The position numbers and the translations under genes were made by a program. Of a DNA stretch of 64,000 nt, positions 45,793 through 55,170 are shown piece after piece. The stretch comes from Candidatus Nezhaarchaeales archaeon (GTDB lineage Archaea > Thermoproteota > Methanomethylicia > Nezhaarchaeales > JAWCJE01): the NCBI GenBank assembly GCA_038853715.1, contig JAWCJE010000008.1:610-64609 (forward strand). Reading direction: 5' to 3'. The notes under the pieces were generated by a model that did not search any database, was not told the DNA's origin, and saw only the letters and a program-made list of their open reading frames with translations. The first letter of the stretch is position 1, and each line of letters starts with the position of its first letter.

Positions 45793-46479
45793 ACGTCTAA
45801 GCGTAAACGTCTCTAAGTAGGTAACTTTCTCAATTGATGGTAAATACTTCTCGATATCATTTAGTAAACCGCGCTTAGCGTATTGGATATCTCCAACCGA
45901 GAAAGCTTCCTCGGGCAGAGTTATTGTTAACGATGAACCTTCTATCTGTACCTTAAACTTATCCTTAGGTATCGTTGGCACCCTCCTATGTATAAGCTCC
46001 AAGACCTTATCCTGATCAAGTTCCACCTTACTTACCACTTTAACCGTGTAGACGATGGTTTTACCGGCTAAAGGGTGGTTAAAGTCCAAGGTAACCCTAC
46101 CGCCACCCACACTCCTTATGATTGCCGTCTTGTTATCTAGTTCAACTTGACCTCCTACACGTGGAGTTATACCTCTCTTTACTAATTCACGGGCGGGTAG
46201 CACTTTAACATTGCTTGGATCCCTTAACCCAAAGGCCTTTTCAGGGGGGATTTCTATGGTCCTCTCCTCTCCTACCTCCATGGTCAGTAGGGCCTCTTCA
46301 AGGCCCTTCGGCAACCAGCCTTCATCAAGCTTTACCAGCTTAGGCTCGTAGATTCCGTCAGGCTTATAGAATTTAACCTTCTTAGCTACGTCCTCCCTCG
46401 TCAAGTCTATAACGGTATCAGTATCCTTAACTTTAGCCACGTAATCTATCAATATGAAGTCCCCTTTTTGAAGCGGCAT
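45778..46479 (-). CDS. FKBP-type peptidyl-prolyl cis-trans isomerase (long archaeal SlyD-like type)
   Basis: It reads GDFILIDYVAKVKDTDTVIDLT, then an IF-domain insertion, then LDFNHPLAGKTIVYTVKVV. Confidence 0.85.
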   Translation of the reverse strand: MPLQKGDFILIDYVAKVKDTDTVIDLTREDVAKKVKFYKPDGIYEPKLVKLDEGWLPKGLEEALLTMEVGEERTIEIPPEKAFGLRDPSNVKVLPARELVKRGITPRVGGQVELDNKTAIIRSVGGGRVTLDFNHPLAGKTIVYTVKVVSKVELDQDKVLELIHRRVPTIPKDKFKVQIEGSSLTITLPEEAFSVGDIQYAKRGLLNDIEKYLPSIEKVTYLETFTLRRSKPP

Positions 46480-46553
46480 TTAAAACCCACCGCTTAAACG
46501 TCCCCCGCCTCACTTGATGTTTTTTACACTTATTTGCTTTTCTAAGGATAAAC

Positions 46554-46985
46554 TTAATAGAACACGTTCAACCCGGTGACCTCATCATACCTCCTTTGAA
46601 CATCTACGCCTACAACCTCCTGCAGATGGATTTCCCCAAGAAATACTTGCGTCCCAGGCTTAAGATGGCCACCGTAAACTCTGCCTTCACGGTCGATTAA
46701 AGTAACGTGGGCATGAACTACGGTCTTACCCTCCATCTTAGATATGTTACCAACGCAGGATAAAAGTTCAAGCGGCTTCTCAACCACAGTATCTAGATAC
46801 CTCTTACGTTCTTGGTCGTAGTAGCTTAAACATGCTCTTTTAACAGCGCCTATAACCGTGAAAACACCTACCTTCACATTAAACTGTTCCGCGAGGTCTT
46901 CGATAGCCGTCAGCAGGTCGGAACCATGCTGAAGTTTTCCGATGAAAAACCTTCCAGCACGTGCCTCCTTAACGTCTTTCATCAT
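46554..46985 (-). CDS. PPC/DUF296-domain protein
   Basis: It contains GRFFIGKLQHGSDLLTAIEDLA, FTVIGAV, VVHAHVTL and GGHL. Confidence 0.7.
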   Translation of the reverse strand: MMKDVKEARAGRFFIGKLQHGSDLLTAIEDLAEQFNVKVGVFTVIGAVKRACLSYYDQERKRYLDTVVEKPLELLSCVGNISKMEGKTVVHAHVTLIDREGRVYGGHLKPGTQVFLGEIHLQEVVGVDVQRRYDEVTGLNVFY

Positions 46986-47088
46986 TTAACCCCAATTACC
47001 TATTTAAAGGAGGTTTAGTTTAAATACGGATGTCCCTTTATCACGAGGTATACCTATAGAGAGGGAAGGTTAAAAGGAGAGTATACTC

Positions 47089-47877
47089 TTGAAGAGCGTT
47101 ATCACCTTAACGACAGACTTTGGTTTAACAGACCCTTACGTAGCAGCCATGAAGGGGGTCATAATTTCAATATGCCCCTTCGCATACATCATTGATATAA
47201 CACATGACGTACCGAAGTTCGATGTAAGAGGGGGAGCATACCTACTTTACACGGCAACCCGTTACTTTCCACCAGGCTGCATCCATGTAGCCATCGTTGA
47301 TCCAGGTGTAGGAACCCCTAGAAGGGCGATAGCGATAAAAACCCGTAAATCTATCTATGTGGGCCCCGATAACGGCGTTTTAAGCATAGCAACTCAGCAT
47401 GAAGGAGTTGAGAAAGTCGTAGAGATAACAGAGCGAAAATATATGATGGCCTCGATTTCAAGCACTTTTCACGGACGTGATATATTCGCTCCGGTGGCCG
47501 CATATCTAGCTACTGGAACACCCGTGGAGGCATTAGGCGTCGAAGTCAACGATTACGTTAAGATAGCGCCATCCAACGTTAAGGTGGAGGAAGGGATGAT
47601 AAAAGGCGAAGTATGGTGGATAGATGGGTTCGGTAACATAGTAACCAACATCGACAATTGGTTAGCTGACAAACTTAAGTTAGGGGACACCATAACCGTG
47701 CGGGTTAATACTAAGCAGTATAAAGCCCTCTTCGCTAGTACGTACGGTAATGCCGCCCCAGGCACCCTACTATTGATACCTGGTAGCGGCGGGTTACTAG
47801 AAATAGCTGTTAATTTAGGGAACGCCGCTAAACTATTAAATGCAAAGGTTGGTGATACTGTCGAGATTAAACGTTAA
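47089..47877 (+). CDS. SAM hydroxide adenosyltransferase (DUF62, chlorinase/fluorinase-fold SAM hydrolase)
   Basis: It contains ITLTTDFGLTDPYVAAMKGVI, IIDITHDVP, VAIVDPGVGT and VGPDNGVLS. Confidence 0.8.
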   Translation: MKSVITLTTDFGLTDPYVAAMKGVIISICPFAYIIDITHDVPKFDVRGGAYLLYTATRYFPPGCIHVAIVDPGVGTPRRAIAIKTRKSIYVGPDNGVLSIATQHEGVEKVVEITERKYMMASISSTFHGRDIFAPVAAYLATGTPVEALGVEVNDYVKIAPSNVKVEEGMIKGEVWWIDGFGNIVTNIDNWLADKLKLGDTITVRVNTKQYKALFASTYGNAAPGTLLLIPGSGGLLEIAVNLGNAAKLLNAKVGDTVEIKR

Positions 47878-48442
47878 TTAGTACTCTCATAAAGAAGCTC
47901 CTAGGAACAAAGCCGCCTCGTACCACTACGCCTTCACGCTTTAAAAGCTGCTCCTTAATCTTAACGCCGTAACTATAACCCCCAATACTACCATCACTTT
48001 TAACGACCCTATGGCAAGGTATTATTAACGGAAGCGGATTAATAGATAACGCAACTCCAACCCCCCGAGAAGCTTTAGGGTTACCTAAAGCGTAGGCTAC
48101 GCTACCGTACGATATAACCTTCCCCCGCGGTACTTTAGCCACTACGTTCAGAACGCTGGCAACGAAGGGGGTAAGATAACTCAAAGAGTACTCACAGTTA
48201 AAGGATACAGGGTGACCCTTAAACGCTTCAACGAGTTTCTCAGCCACTTCCCTTACGAGGGCGTTGAAAGGCGTTTTAAAGGATTTAACAATCGCTTCGC
48301 GTCTACCGCTTAAAAAACTTAGGTTTAATCTGGGTTTAAGCTTCCTTGAGGGAAGGCTTACAGCAACAACCTTTCCAAGCTCGTTAACAGCAACTGCACA
48401 TTGGTAATCGTTAACAGTTACTGTCATCAAGTAGACCTTCAA
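47867..48442 (-). CDS. ogt: Methylated-DNA--protein-cysteine methyltransferase (Ogt/MGMT)
   Basis: The active site is IPCHRVVKSDGSIGGYSYG. The upstream helix-turn-wing segment reads ISYGSVAYALG. Confidence 0.8.
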   Translation of the reverse strand: MKVYLMTVTVNDYQCAVAVNELGKVVAVSLPSRKLKPRLNLSFLSGRREAIVKSFKTPFNALVREVAEKLVEAFKGHPVSFNCEYSLSYLTPFVASVLNVVAKVPRGKVISYGSVAYALGNPKASRGVGVALSINPLPLIIPCHRVVKSDGSIGGYSYGVKIKEQLLKREGVVVRGGFVPRSFFMRVLINV

Positions 48443-48453
48443 GCTAATAGCCC

Positions 48454-49536
48454 CTAAAGAGATGGATTTCTTAACCCTACACCTTCACATCTAATGAGGG
48501 ATGGAGCGCCGAGGTCGCCCTCCACCTTAAACCTAGCACCCACAACCTTCTTAGCTACTTCGATGCAGGTTGCAGTGTGTAAGGTTAACTCACTAACTTT
48601 AACCTCAGATATTCCGTTAGCTATCGCCATGTAAACTATTAGCTGATCACCCATATATTTATCAACTGCCGTATTTGTTTTAAGCTGTCGGACTAAGTTA
48701 TTAGCCACCTCGCTTCCAACAACCTCCGCTGGCTTACCTCGCTCTCCGAGACCGTCAGAGCCTATAATAGCGCCCGTAGACGTAATCGCGTATAGGATTA
48801 GGCCGCAGCCTGGATCCAATGCGCATTTACGATCTTGAGGTTGAAGCCGCTCTAACGCTATGTCCACATTATAATAGCCAGCGCTCTTCAATACTTGTTC
48901 AGCGCTTTTAGCCATTCTCTCAGTGACGTGATTCGGAAGTCTTGAGCTATACGATAACCCCTTTATCTCAAGAATCTCACCGGGGCTCGTTAAACGTATA
49001 GGTTTAAGCTCCTTAATCGGCTCCGCAGAAAACCTTACCAATCCTCCACCCCTAGGATAAAACCCTCTCCTTAAAAGTTCCAAGCTACCTTTAAAACCCA
49101 TTTTACTGATGATTGGTATTAAAACCCTCTCAACGTAATCCACAGGTGGCGCTAAAGGGTTATTGGTACCACCCCTTATTTCGACGTGTACACCTCCGAA
49201 GGCGAAGGCCGAGGCCGGCATTAAAGCTTGCAGTACAAGAGTCGTGGATCCAGCGGTTCCTACGTCAAATACGTAGCTACCGCCCTTAGGCTCCCTAGGC
49301 TTGAACTCTATCTCCCTCGACCCTACACTTAAACCCTTAGTTTCAGCTTGAACAAGGGTGGCTAAAGATTTAATAGCCGTAAGGTGCTGAGGCCTTAACC
49401 CAGGGTTTGACCTCTTAATCCTAATGTTAAAAACCCTTACAGGCTTACCGATTACAGCCGATAAAGCTACACTCATCCTAAGTATTTGACCCCCACCCTC
49501 AAGCATTGACCCGTCTATCTCGATCATACGTAGCAC
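48454..49536 (-). CDS. rtcA: RNA 3'-terminal phosphate cyclase
   Basis: It reads IEIDGSMLEGGGQILRMSVALSAVIGKPVRVFNIRIKRSNPGLRPQHL. Length is 360 aa. Confidence 0.9.
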   Translation of the reverse strand: MLRMIEIDGSMLEGGGQILRMSVALSAVIGKPVRVFNIRIKRSNPGLRPQHLTAIKSLATLVQAETKGLSVGSREIEFKPREPKGGSYVFDVGTAGSTTLVLQALMPASAFAFGGVHVEIRGGTNNPLAPPVDYVERVLIPIISKMGFKGSLELLRRGFYPRGGGLVRFSAEPIKELKPIRLTSPGEILEIKGLSYSSRLPNHVTERMAKSAEQVLKSAGYYNVDIALERLQPQDRKCALDPGCGLILYAITSTGAIIGSDGLGERGKPAEVVGSEVANNLVRQLKTNTAVDKYMGDQLIVYMAIANGISEVKVSELTLHTATCIEVAKKVVGARFKVEGDLGAPSLIRCEGVGLRNPSL

Positions 49537-49700
49537 TAACCTAAGCCCATTTAAGCGAGCTTTAAGTTTTTCATCTAAACCTTAAAGATTTACAAATTTC
49601 ATGACTGCGCGCTTAAGGAGGAACACCATAACCCCTTATAATCCTCAACTCCTAAAGGTACGTGGATAACCTCGTTAAGGATTTTCCGAGTAAAACATTG

Positions 49701-49961
49701 TTAACCCCTCTTAAAGACGGTGACACCTAAGCGTAGGTTTTTAACCTCCTTTACCCTATGATAGGGTATTACCACTAGCTTACCATCCTCTTCATACGTA
49801 AAGAAGTGCTTACCCAATTCCTTAATAAGTGATCCAGGTATAGACTTGAAGCCGTTAACACTACCTCGATGTGTAATTACGATCATGTAATCACTTAGCG
49901 ACGAAGATGGATCCCAACGTAATTTATTAAGCAGTTCACGGATACTCACCATACCTGCCAC
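49701..49961 (-). CDS. DUF504/UPF0248 (MJ1316-like) small protein
   Basis: It contains LLNKLRWDP and IPYHRV. It is 86 aa and lies 165 bp upstream of rtcA on the same strand. Confidence 0.6.
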   Translation of the reverse strand: MAGMVSIRELLNKLRWDPSSSLSDYMIVITHRGSVNGFKSIPGSLIKELGKHFFTYEEDGKLVVIPYHRVKEVKNLRLGVTVFKRG

Positions 49962-50110
49962 CGCCTAAAGCATCCTTAAACTCGTCATTCATGCTAAAAA
50001 GTTCTAAGGAACCAAGACGTAGATAGTATTCAGCTTCGAGGTGAAGTTAAAGGTGCAACCTGAGAGTACATCCCAGCCTTGATTAACTACTTTTCTACAC
50101 TTTTAGTGGA

Positions 50111-50773
50111 ATGCTTAAAAATAGGGAGACTATTGGGATAAGGGGGTTTAAAGTGCAACAAGGATCATCTGAAAGGCTTCTATGGGCCGTTGGCGCAACT
50201 ACTGTCGGCATTAGGTGTGAAGATGGCGTAGTTTTAGCTTCCGAGAAGAGGGTTGCCTACGGCTTTACGATTACCAGTAAAGCGGGTAAAAAGGTCTTTA
50301 AAGCTACGCCGAACGTGGGAATCGCTTGCGCAGGGGTTATTGGTGATATGCAGGCAATCGCAAGGTGGTTAGCTGCTGAAGCAAGCCTCTACGAGTTAAA
50401 CCAAAATAGGCCTATGCCTGTAAGGTCTGCTGCAAAGCTACTTGCCAACATACTGTTTAGCAGGAGATGGACGCCTTTACTTAGCGAAACGTTAATCGGC
50501 GGTGTAGATGACGAGGGGAGCCATCTATTTGTACTTGACCCTATAGGCTCCCTAATTAAGGATGACTACGCCGCCCTTGGTAGCGGGGCATCTATCGCTA
50601 TAGGCATCATGGAGACGGGGCATCATAAAGGTATAAGCGTAAAGGAGGGTAAGGAGCTAGCTATTAAAGCTATAAGGGCAGCTACTGAACGGGATGCTTT
50701 AAGCGGCGACGGTATCGATATCCTCGTCATCACCAAGAACGGAGCGGAGGAAAGCTTCATACCCTTAAAATAA
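50111..50773 (+). CDS. psmB: Proteasome subunit beta (copy 2)
   Basis: A propeptide is followed by ATTVGIRCEDGVVLASEKR. It also contains LDPIGS and GSGASIA. Confidence 0.9.
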   Translation: MLKNRETIGIRGFKVQQGSSERLLWAVGATTVGIRCEDGVVLASEKRVAYGFTITSKAGKKVFKATPNVGIACAGVIGDMQAIARWLAAEASLYELNQNRPMPVRSAAKLLANILFSRRWTPLLSETLIGGVDDEGSHLFVLDPIGSLIKDDYAALGSGASIAIGIMETGHHKGISVKEGKELAIKAIRAATERDALSGDGIDILVITKNGAEESFIPLK

Positions 50774-50821
50774 CCTTAAACCACTTAATTTATTGAACTA
50801 AGCTTTAAACGGTTATTTAAA

Positions 50822-51772
50822 ATGGGGCTTCCAGTTGGACTACAAGAGCTTTTAAGGAGGCAACATTACCACTTAATAGGCAAGTATAAGCATGCAGCTG
50901 TTAAACGTTGTTATTGGCTTCACGCCGCGTTGACTAAACGTGTATTCTGCTATAAGAACTGGTATGGAATTGAAAGTCATAGATGCTGTCAAATGACACC
51001 AATCCTGTCTTGCCCTAATGCTTGTTTACACTGTTGGAGACTTGAACGGTTGGACCTAAACGTTAAATGGGATGAGTTCAATCTGGGAGTGCTGGATGAA
51101 CCCAGCATAATAGTAAGGGAAGCTATCGAGGAGCAAAGGAGGATATTAAGTGGCTATAAGAAAAACCCAATGGTTGACCAGCGCATGTATGAGGAGGCAT
51201 TACATCCTAAACACTTCGCCATATCGTTAGCCGGGGAACCTACACTTTACCCCTACATTGGCGACCTTCTTCGCGAATGTCATCGATACGGTATAACAAC
51301 GTTCCTAGTAACCAACGGCCTGTACCCAAAGGTACTATCAACGCTTAACGAGGAGCCAAGCCAGCTTTACATATCAGTTAATGCGCCCAACGAGGAACTC
51401 TTTAAAAGTGTATGCAGACCTTCACTACCTGACGCTTGGCTTCGGCTTCTCGAGTCTTTAAAGATGCTTCAAAGCTTTAAATGCCCAACAGCGGTAAGGA
51501 TAACGCTAATAGCCGGAATCAATACAGATAAACCTCAAGAATACGCGAAGCTGATTAAAATCGCGCAACCAACCTATGTGGAGGTTAAAGCATACATGTA
51601 CCTAGGCTTTTCAAGGTACAGGTTAAAGCTTGAAAACATGCCTAGGCATAGACATGTAAGGAGCTTCGCTGAGGCTTTAGCCGAAGCCATAGGCTATGAG
51701 AAAATCGCGGAATCATTACATTCAAGAGTAGTTCTATTGTCAAGGCTTAAAAAACCAGTAAAAGTGGCGTGA
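50822..51772 (+). CDS. taw1: tRNA 4-demethylwyosine synthase Taw1 (radical SAM, TYW1 homolog)
   Basis: It contains QHYHLIGKYKHAAVKRCYW, the radical SAM cluster CPNACLHCWR, SLAGEPTLYPY and VTNG. Confidence 0.8.
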   Translation: MGLPVGLQELLRRQHYHLIGKYKHAAVKRCYWLHAALTKRVFCYKNWYGIESHRCCQMTPILSCPNACLHCWRLERLDLNVKWDEFNLGVLDEPSIIVREAIEEQRRILSGYKKNPMVDQRMYEEALHPKHFAISLAGEPTLYPYIGDLLRECHRYGITTFLVTNGLYPKVLSTLNEEPSQLYISVNAPNEELFKSVCRPSLPDAWLRLLESLKMLQSFKCPTAVRITLIAGINTDKPQEYAKLIKIAQPTYVEVKAYMYLGFSRYRLKLENMPRHRHVRSFAEALAEAIGYEKIAESLHSRVVLLSRLKKPVKVA

Positions 51773-51894
51773 AAAGTTCTACGGGTTCACGTAGAAACAC
51801 ATAAATCGATTACGCTTACACCATTCTGTAACGTAAAAATAACAACACCATTAGGCTTAGCGTTATATATAACTTAACTGGGAGCGTTAACCTT

Positions 51895-52593
51895 TTGAAA
51901 ACGGTTAAAGCTAGACTTGAAAAGTACCTAGCAACCACACAGCGAGTTCTAGCCCACCTTAACTTAAAGCGAGAGGAAGGCGCGGAAGTCCTATCATTAG
52001 CTAAGCGTTACGTTCAAGACGCACTATACTATAAGGATAAAAGAGACTATGTTACCAGCTTGGTATGCGGGATCTACGCAGAGGGCCTTCTAGATGCCCT
52101 TAGGCTTTTGGGGTACGCCAAGTTTGAATGGGGGGTTGAGGAAATGAGTCGGAAAAAAGTTATGGTAGCTGGCTCCTTCGACATAATACATCCTGGCCAC
52201 CTCTTCCTTCTAAATAAGGCTAAGGAAATGGGAGACGTCGTTGTCGTAGTGGCTAGGGACTCCACGGTTGAGAGACTAAAGGGGAGGAGACCAGTAATAC
52301 CTGAAGAACAGAGGCTTAAGGTTGTTAAGAGCTTAAAGCCTGTAAGTGAAGCCCTTCTAGGCCGTGAAGGCGACATCTTAAAGATTGTTGAGGAGGTAAG
52401 GCCCGATATAATACTCCTCGGACCAGATCAAAACTTCAATGAAGAATGGATTAAAAGCGAGCTTAAAACGCGGGGGGTCAACGTTGAGGTTTTAAGGTTA
52501 AAAGAGAAGTACTCCGAATCAAAGTATTGTAGCTCCTCACAGATAATTAACGCAATACTATCAAGAAGGGAGGAGTTCGAGCGTAAAAATTAG
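51895..52593 (+). CDS. ribL: DUF357 domain fused to archaeal FAD synthase (RibL, cytidylyltransferase family)
   Basis: The N-terminus LSLAKRYVQDALYYKDKRDYVTSLVCGIYAEGLLDALRLLGY is DUF357-like. The C-terminus VMVAGSFDIIHPGHLFLLNKAKEMGDVVVVVARDSTVERLKGRRPVIPEEQRLKVV is RibL-like. Confidence 0.7.
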   Translation: MKTVKARLEKYLATTQRVLAHLNLKREEGAEVLSLAKRYVQDALYYKDKRDYVTSLVCGIYAEGLLDALRLLGYAKFEWGVEEMSRKKVMVAGSFDIIHPGHLFLLNKAKEMGDVVVVVARDSTVERLKGRRPVIPEEQRLKVVKSLKPVSEALLGREGDILKIVEEVRPDIILLGPDQNFNEEWIKSELKTRGVNVEVLRLKEKYSESKYCSSSQIINAILSRREEFERKN

Positions 52594-52924
52594 CGGCTGT
52601 AACTTAGTTAAAGTATCGGACTCCCTAAGGCATTGCAGTATCCCAAAGTAATTTCTTAAGGTAGCTTCAGGCGTCATCGTGAAAATAACGGCATAACCGT
52701 AAAGGAGAATCAGAATAGTAAACAGACTTACAGATCATAAAGTGTTTTACCGGAAAACTCATCGGAAGGTATTATCCCTCAGTAAAGACCTATATGGGTG
52801 ATAGGCTTAAAGAACTTGTTAGCTAGACTGAGGGACACTTATGGTGTTGGATAAGGATAAAGTCGAGCCGTGGCTCTCAATGTACAACGAGTTGAAAAAC
52901 AAATGAGGACTTAAACACAAACGA

Positions 52925-53130
52925 GTGTTGAACCGACTGGCGACAAAGATCCTCGCGGCCGTCTTCAAGGCGCTACGGGCCAAGCCAATGGTGAAGGTAA
53001 GCTTAGTAAAGTTTCACCTTGCCCCTCTGGAGGCAGGGCTAAAAGGCTTAGCTCTTACCTTTACTATTGGCTGGCTGGAGGCCTTGAGGCGCCCGCGGGG
53101 ATCGTCATGCTCACTCTGAGCCCCAGACGC
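52925..53130 (+). other. Locally GC-rich island in a 650-bp intergenic gap, either a possible ncRNA or an orphan 64-aa ORF (52925-53119)
   Basis: GC is visibly higher than the flanks. Local hairpins include GGTGAAG...TTTCACC and GCCC-CTCTGGAGGCA-GGGC. The ORF has no recognisable family. Confidence 0.2.
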
Positions 53131-53240
53131 TAAGGAGCGATTTTATTTCTGAGCTTATTGCAAAACTCCATTACTTAAGTTGACTAGTAAAGTATTCATT
53201 AAGAGTTTTGCAACGTCTTTTCTTTAAACTGTCATGGCAG

Positions 53241-53951
53241 CTAAGCCTCTACTGTTTTAACGCGTACTCCGACGTGAACTAGGTCCCCATCACGTAGATT
53301 TAACTCCTTTCTCAGGTTGTAGGCGGATATTATCTCGGCTACGTCGAAGCCGTAGTGACTTCTTTTAATTAGGAGGAGAGCGCCGTCAAGCTTTCCGTTA
53401 ATCTTCGCTTTAAAGCATTTTACCGGTCCGTAGGTACGTAGTCCATTGCTAAACCCTTGTATTTCAATGCCTTGATAATGCTCAAGCAGCCTACGCGTGT
53501 TTATCCCGTTAATGTTTTTAATCCTTAAATTTAGGGTTCCCGGGAAAGGTTCAAAACCTAGTTTTTTAATAAATTGGCTTCTATATCCTTCTCGAGTTAC
53601 GTAGAAGGCGCCCTCACCAAGCCCCGTGAAAACCTCGCCCTCCAATGTTAACACTTCAGGTACCTCGCCGAATACCTTTTGAAGCCCTACGTAGACCTGG
53701 CTTAATAACTCTAAACCTTTATCTGTAAGAATGACGTATTGCCCCCTCTTAAAGGCTTCGCGTTTAATAAAGCCAAGCCCCTCAAGCTGACGTAGAAGCC
53801 TTGAAGCAGTTTGTTGCGATACTTTAAGCTCCTTACCTAGTTCAACGGTGGTTAACACTATAGGGTGCTGCATAGCTCCCTTAGTAGCTAAGTAGTATAT
53901 GAGGGGGAGCATCCTTAATGGCTTCATGTTTAACACGCCCCTCAGAAGCAA
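53241..53951 (-). CDS. ribK: Winged-HTH fused to CTP-dependent riboflavin kinase (RbkR-type archaeal RibK)
   Basis: The N-terminus reads LTTVELGKELKVSQQTASRLLRQLEGLGFIKRE. The C-terminus reads GEVFTGLGEGAFYVTREGYRSQFIKKLGFEPFPGTLNLRI. The true start is probably an internal Met (for example at 53873), which would avoid the 71-nt overlap with nfi. Confidence 0.8.
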   Translation of the reverse strand: MLLRGVLNMKPLRMLPLIYYLATKGAMQHPIVLTTVELGKELKVSQQTASRLLRQLEGLGFIKREAFKRGQYVILTDKGLELLSQVYVGLQKVFGEVPEVLTLEGEVFTGLGEGAFYVTREGYRSQFIKKLGFEPFPGTLNLRIKNINGINTRRLLEHYQGIEIQGFSNGLRTYGPVKCFKAKINGKLDGALLLIKRSHYGFDVAEIISAYNLRKELNLRDGDLVHVGVRVKTVEA

Positions 53952-54600
53952 GCTTAGCTAAGCTTCTTTTAGCTAGTAGGTCCGCTTGCCTTACTGGTTC
54001 AGGCATTCTACTACCTGGCTTTAAAGCTTTCTTAACGAGTGTTACAGCGGTGTTTAAGCTTACCTTGTTACCAACACTAACATATATTGGTTTTAGCGAG
54101 CCTGGTGGAAGAAGCGCTACGCCCACTACTTCCCCACCGTCGACTAGTGGGGCGATATCGCCTTGATAATCTCCTACTTTGCCGCAGAGCTTTGACTTCG
54201 TAACACCTATAGTAGCCATATTCATCATTACGCCTAAGTAGGTGGCAAGCCCACATCTATAGGGGTGCGCGACTCCTTGACCGTTTACGAATGTTATGGA
54301 TGGACGAGAATTTAGCTTCATAAGCGCGCCTCGAATAACTGGGAACTCTCTAAATGATAGTAGAGTCGGCATGTACGGGAAGCGGACCTTATCGATGTGG
54401 ACCTTCACTTCAACGACCTCGAACGAACCTAGCTTTAACACGACAGCTACCCCAGCGGCTATATTCCCGCTGTATGCTACGTCAACCCCCGTAACGAACT
54501 CTACAGGTGTTTGGAAATCGTCCTCCTCAATCCTTCTACTTGCTATTAGCCGTTGTAGCGCACGGGCTTTAGACAAGCTAAAAGGATAGGTCATAACCAT
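53881..54600 (-). CDS. nfi: Endonuclease V
   Basis: It contains VTGVDVAYS, PYMPTLLSFREFP, VNGQGVAHPYRCGLATYLGV and IGVTKSKL. Confidence 0.85.
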   Translation of the reverse strand: MVMTYPFSLSKARALQRLIASRRIEEDDFQTPVEFVTGVDVAYSGNIAAGVAVVLKLGSFEVVEVKVHIDKVRFPYMPTLLSFREFPVIRGALMKLNSRPSITFVNGQGVAHPYRCGLATYLGVMMNMATIGVTKSKLCGKVGDYQGDIAPLVDGGEVVGVALLPPGSLKPIYVSVGNKVSLNTAVTLVKKALKPGSRMPEPVRQADLLAKRSLAKLASEGRVKHEAIKDAPPHILLSY

Positions 54601-54615
54601 CAGTAACTCTAAGGC

Positions 54616-54998
54616 TTAGAAGTATCTACCTAACCCCATTATATAAGGTACGACCGATATTGATAGAGACTCCGATGATGGAAGGCTACGATTAGCTAGT
54701 ACCCCCTCAACTATTTTAGCTTCAGCGTACTCTTGAAACGCTGATGGTAACGGGCCTTCATAGAGGAATTCAGGGAAGCGTCTAGTTAATTTAAACGCGT
54801 TTTTAAGTAGCTTATCAACCTCTTTAAGCTTTTTTGAAGTTTCGTTTACCCCCTCACCATGCATATCTATAGTAGCCCTCCTGAAAGTTTAATGATGGCT
54901 CTAGCCAGTTCTATGGCTTTATCCTTCGCCTTATCCCTAGCTTTAAGCTTCCTTAATATGTAGGGTAATATACAATCCAAACCCAGCGATGACGCCAT
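54616..54998 (-). pseudogene. Translin-family gene remnant, frameshifted near codon 40 and truncated at the C-terminus
   Basis: ORF a (54998 downward, 43 aa) ends ...DKAIELARAIIKLSGGLL*. ORF b (54864-54616) in another frame continues ..ATIDMHGEGVNETSKKLKEVDKLL...SAFQEYAEAKIVEGVL..LPSSESL...YIMGLGRYF*. Joined, the two read like the first two thirds of archaeal translin. The segment after Y-x-x-GL is missing and nfi starts 15 nt later. Confidence 0.45.
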
Positions 54999-55170
54999 TA
55001 CTTAAACACTCCGCGTTTAAAAACGGCTTCTTGCATATAACGTTAACCTAACCGCTATAGTTAGAAGCCCTCCAACCACCTAGATTAAGCGTTAAGTTCT
55101 TCCTGTTAAAAACTTCTTAGCTAACTTTATATTCCCCCAAATTTGATGTTTACTTGCTCACCCTACCGAT

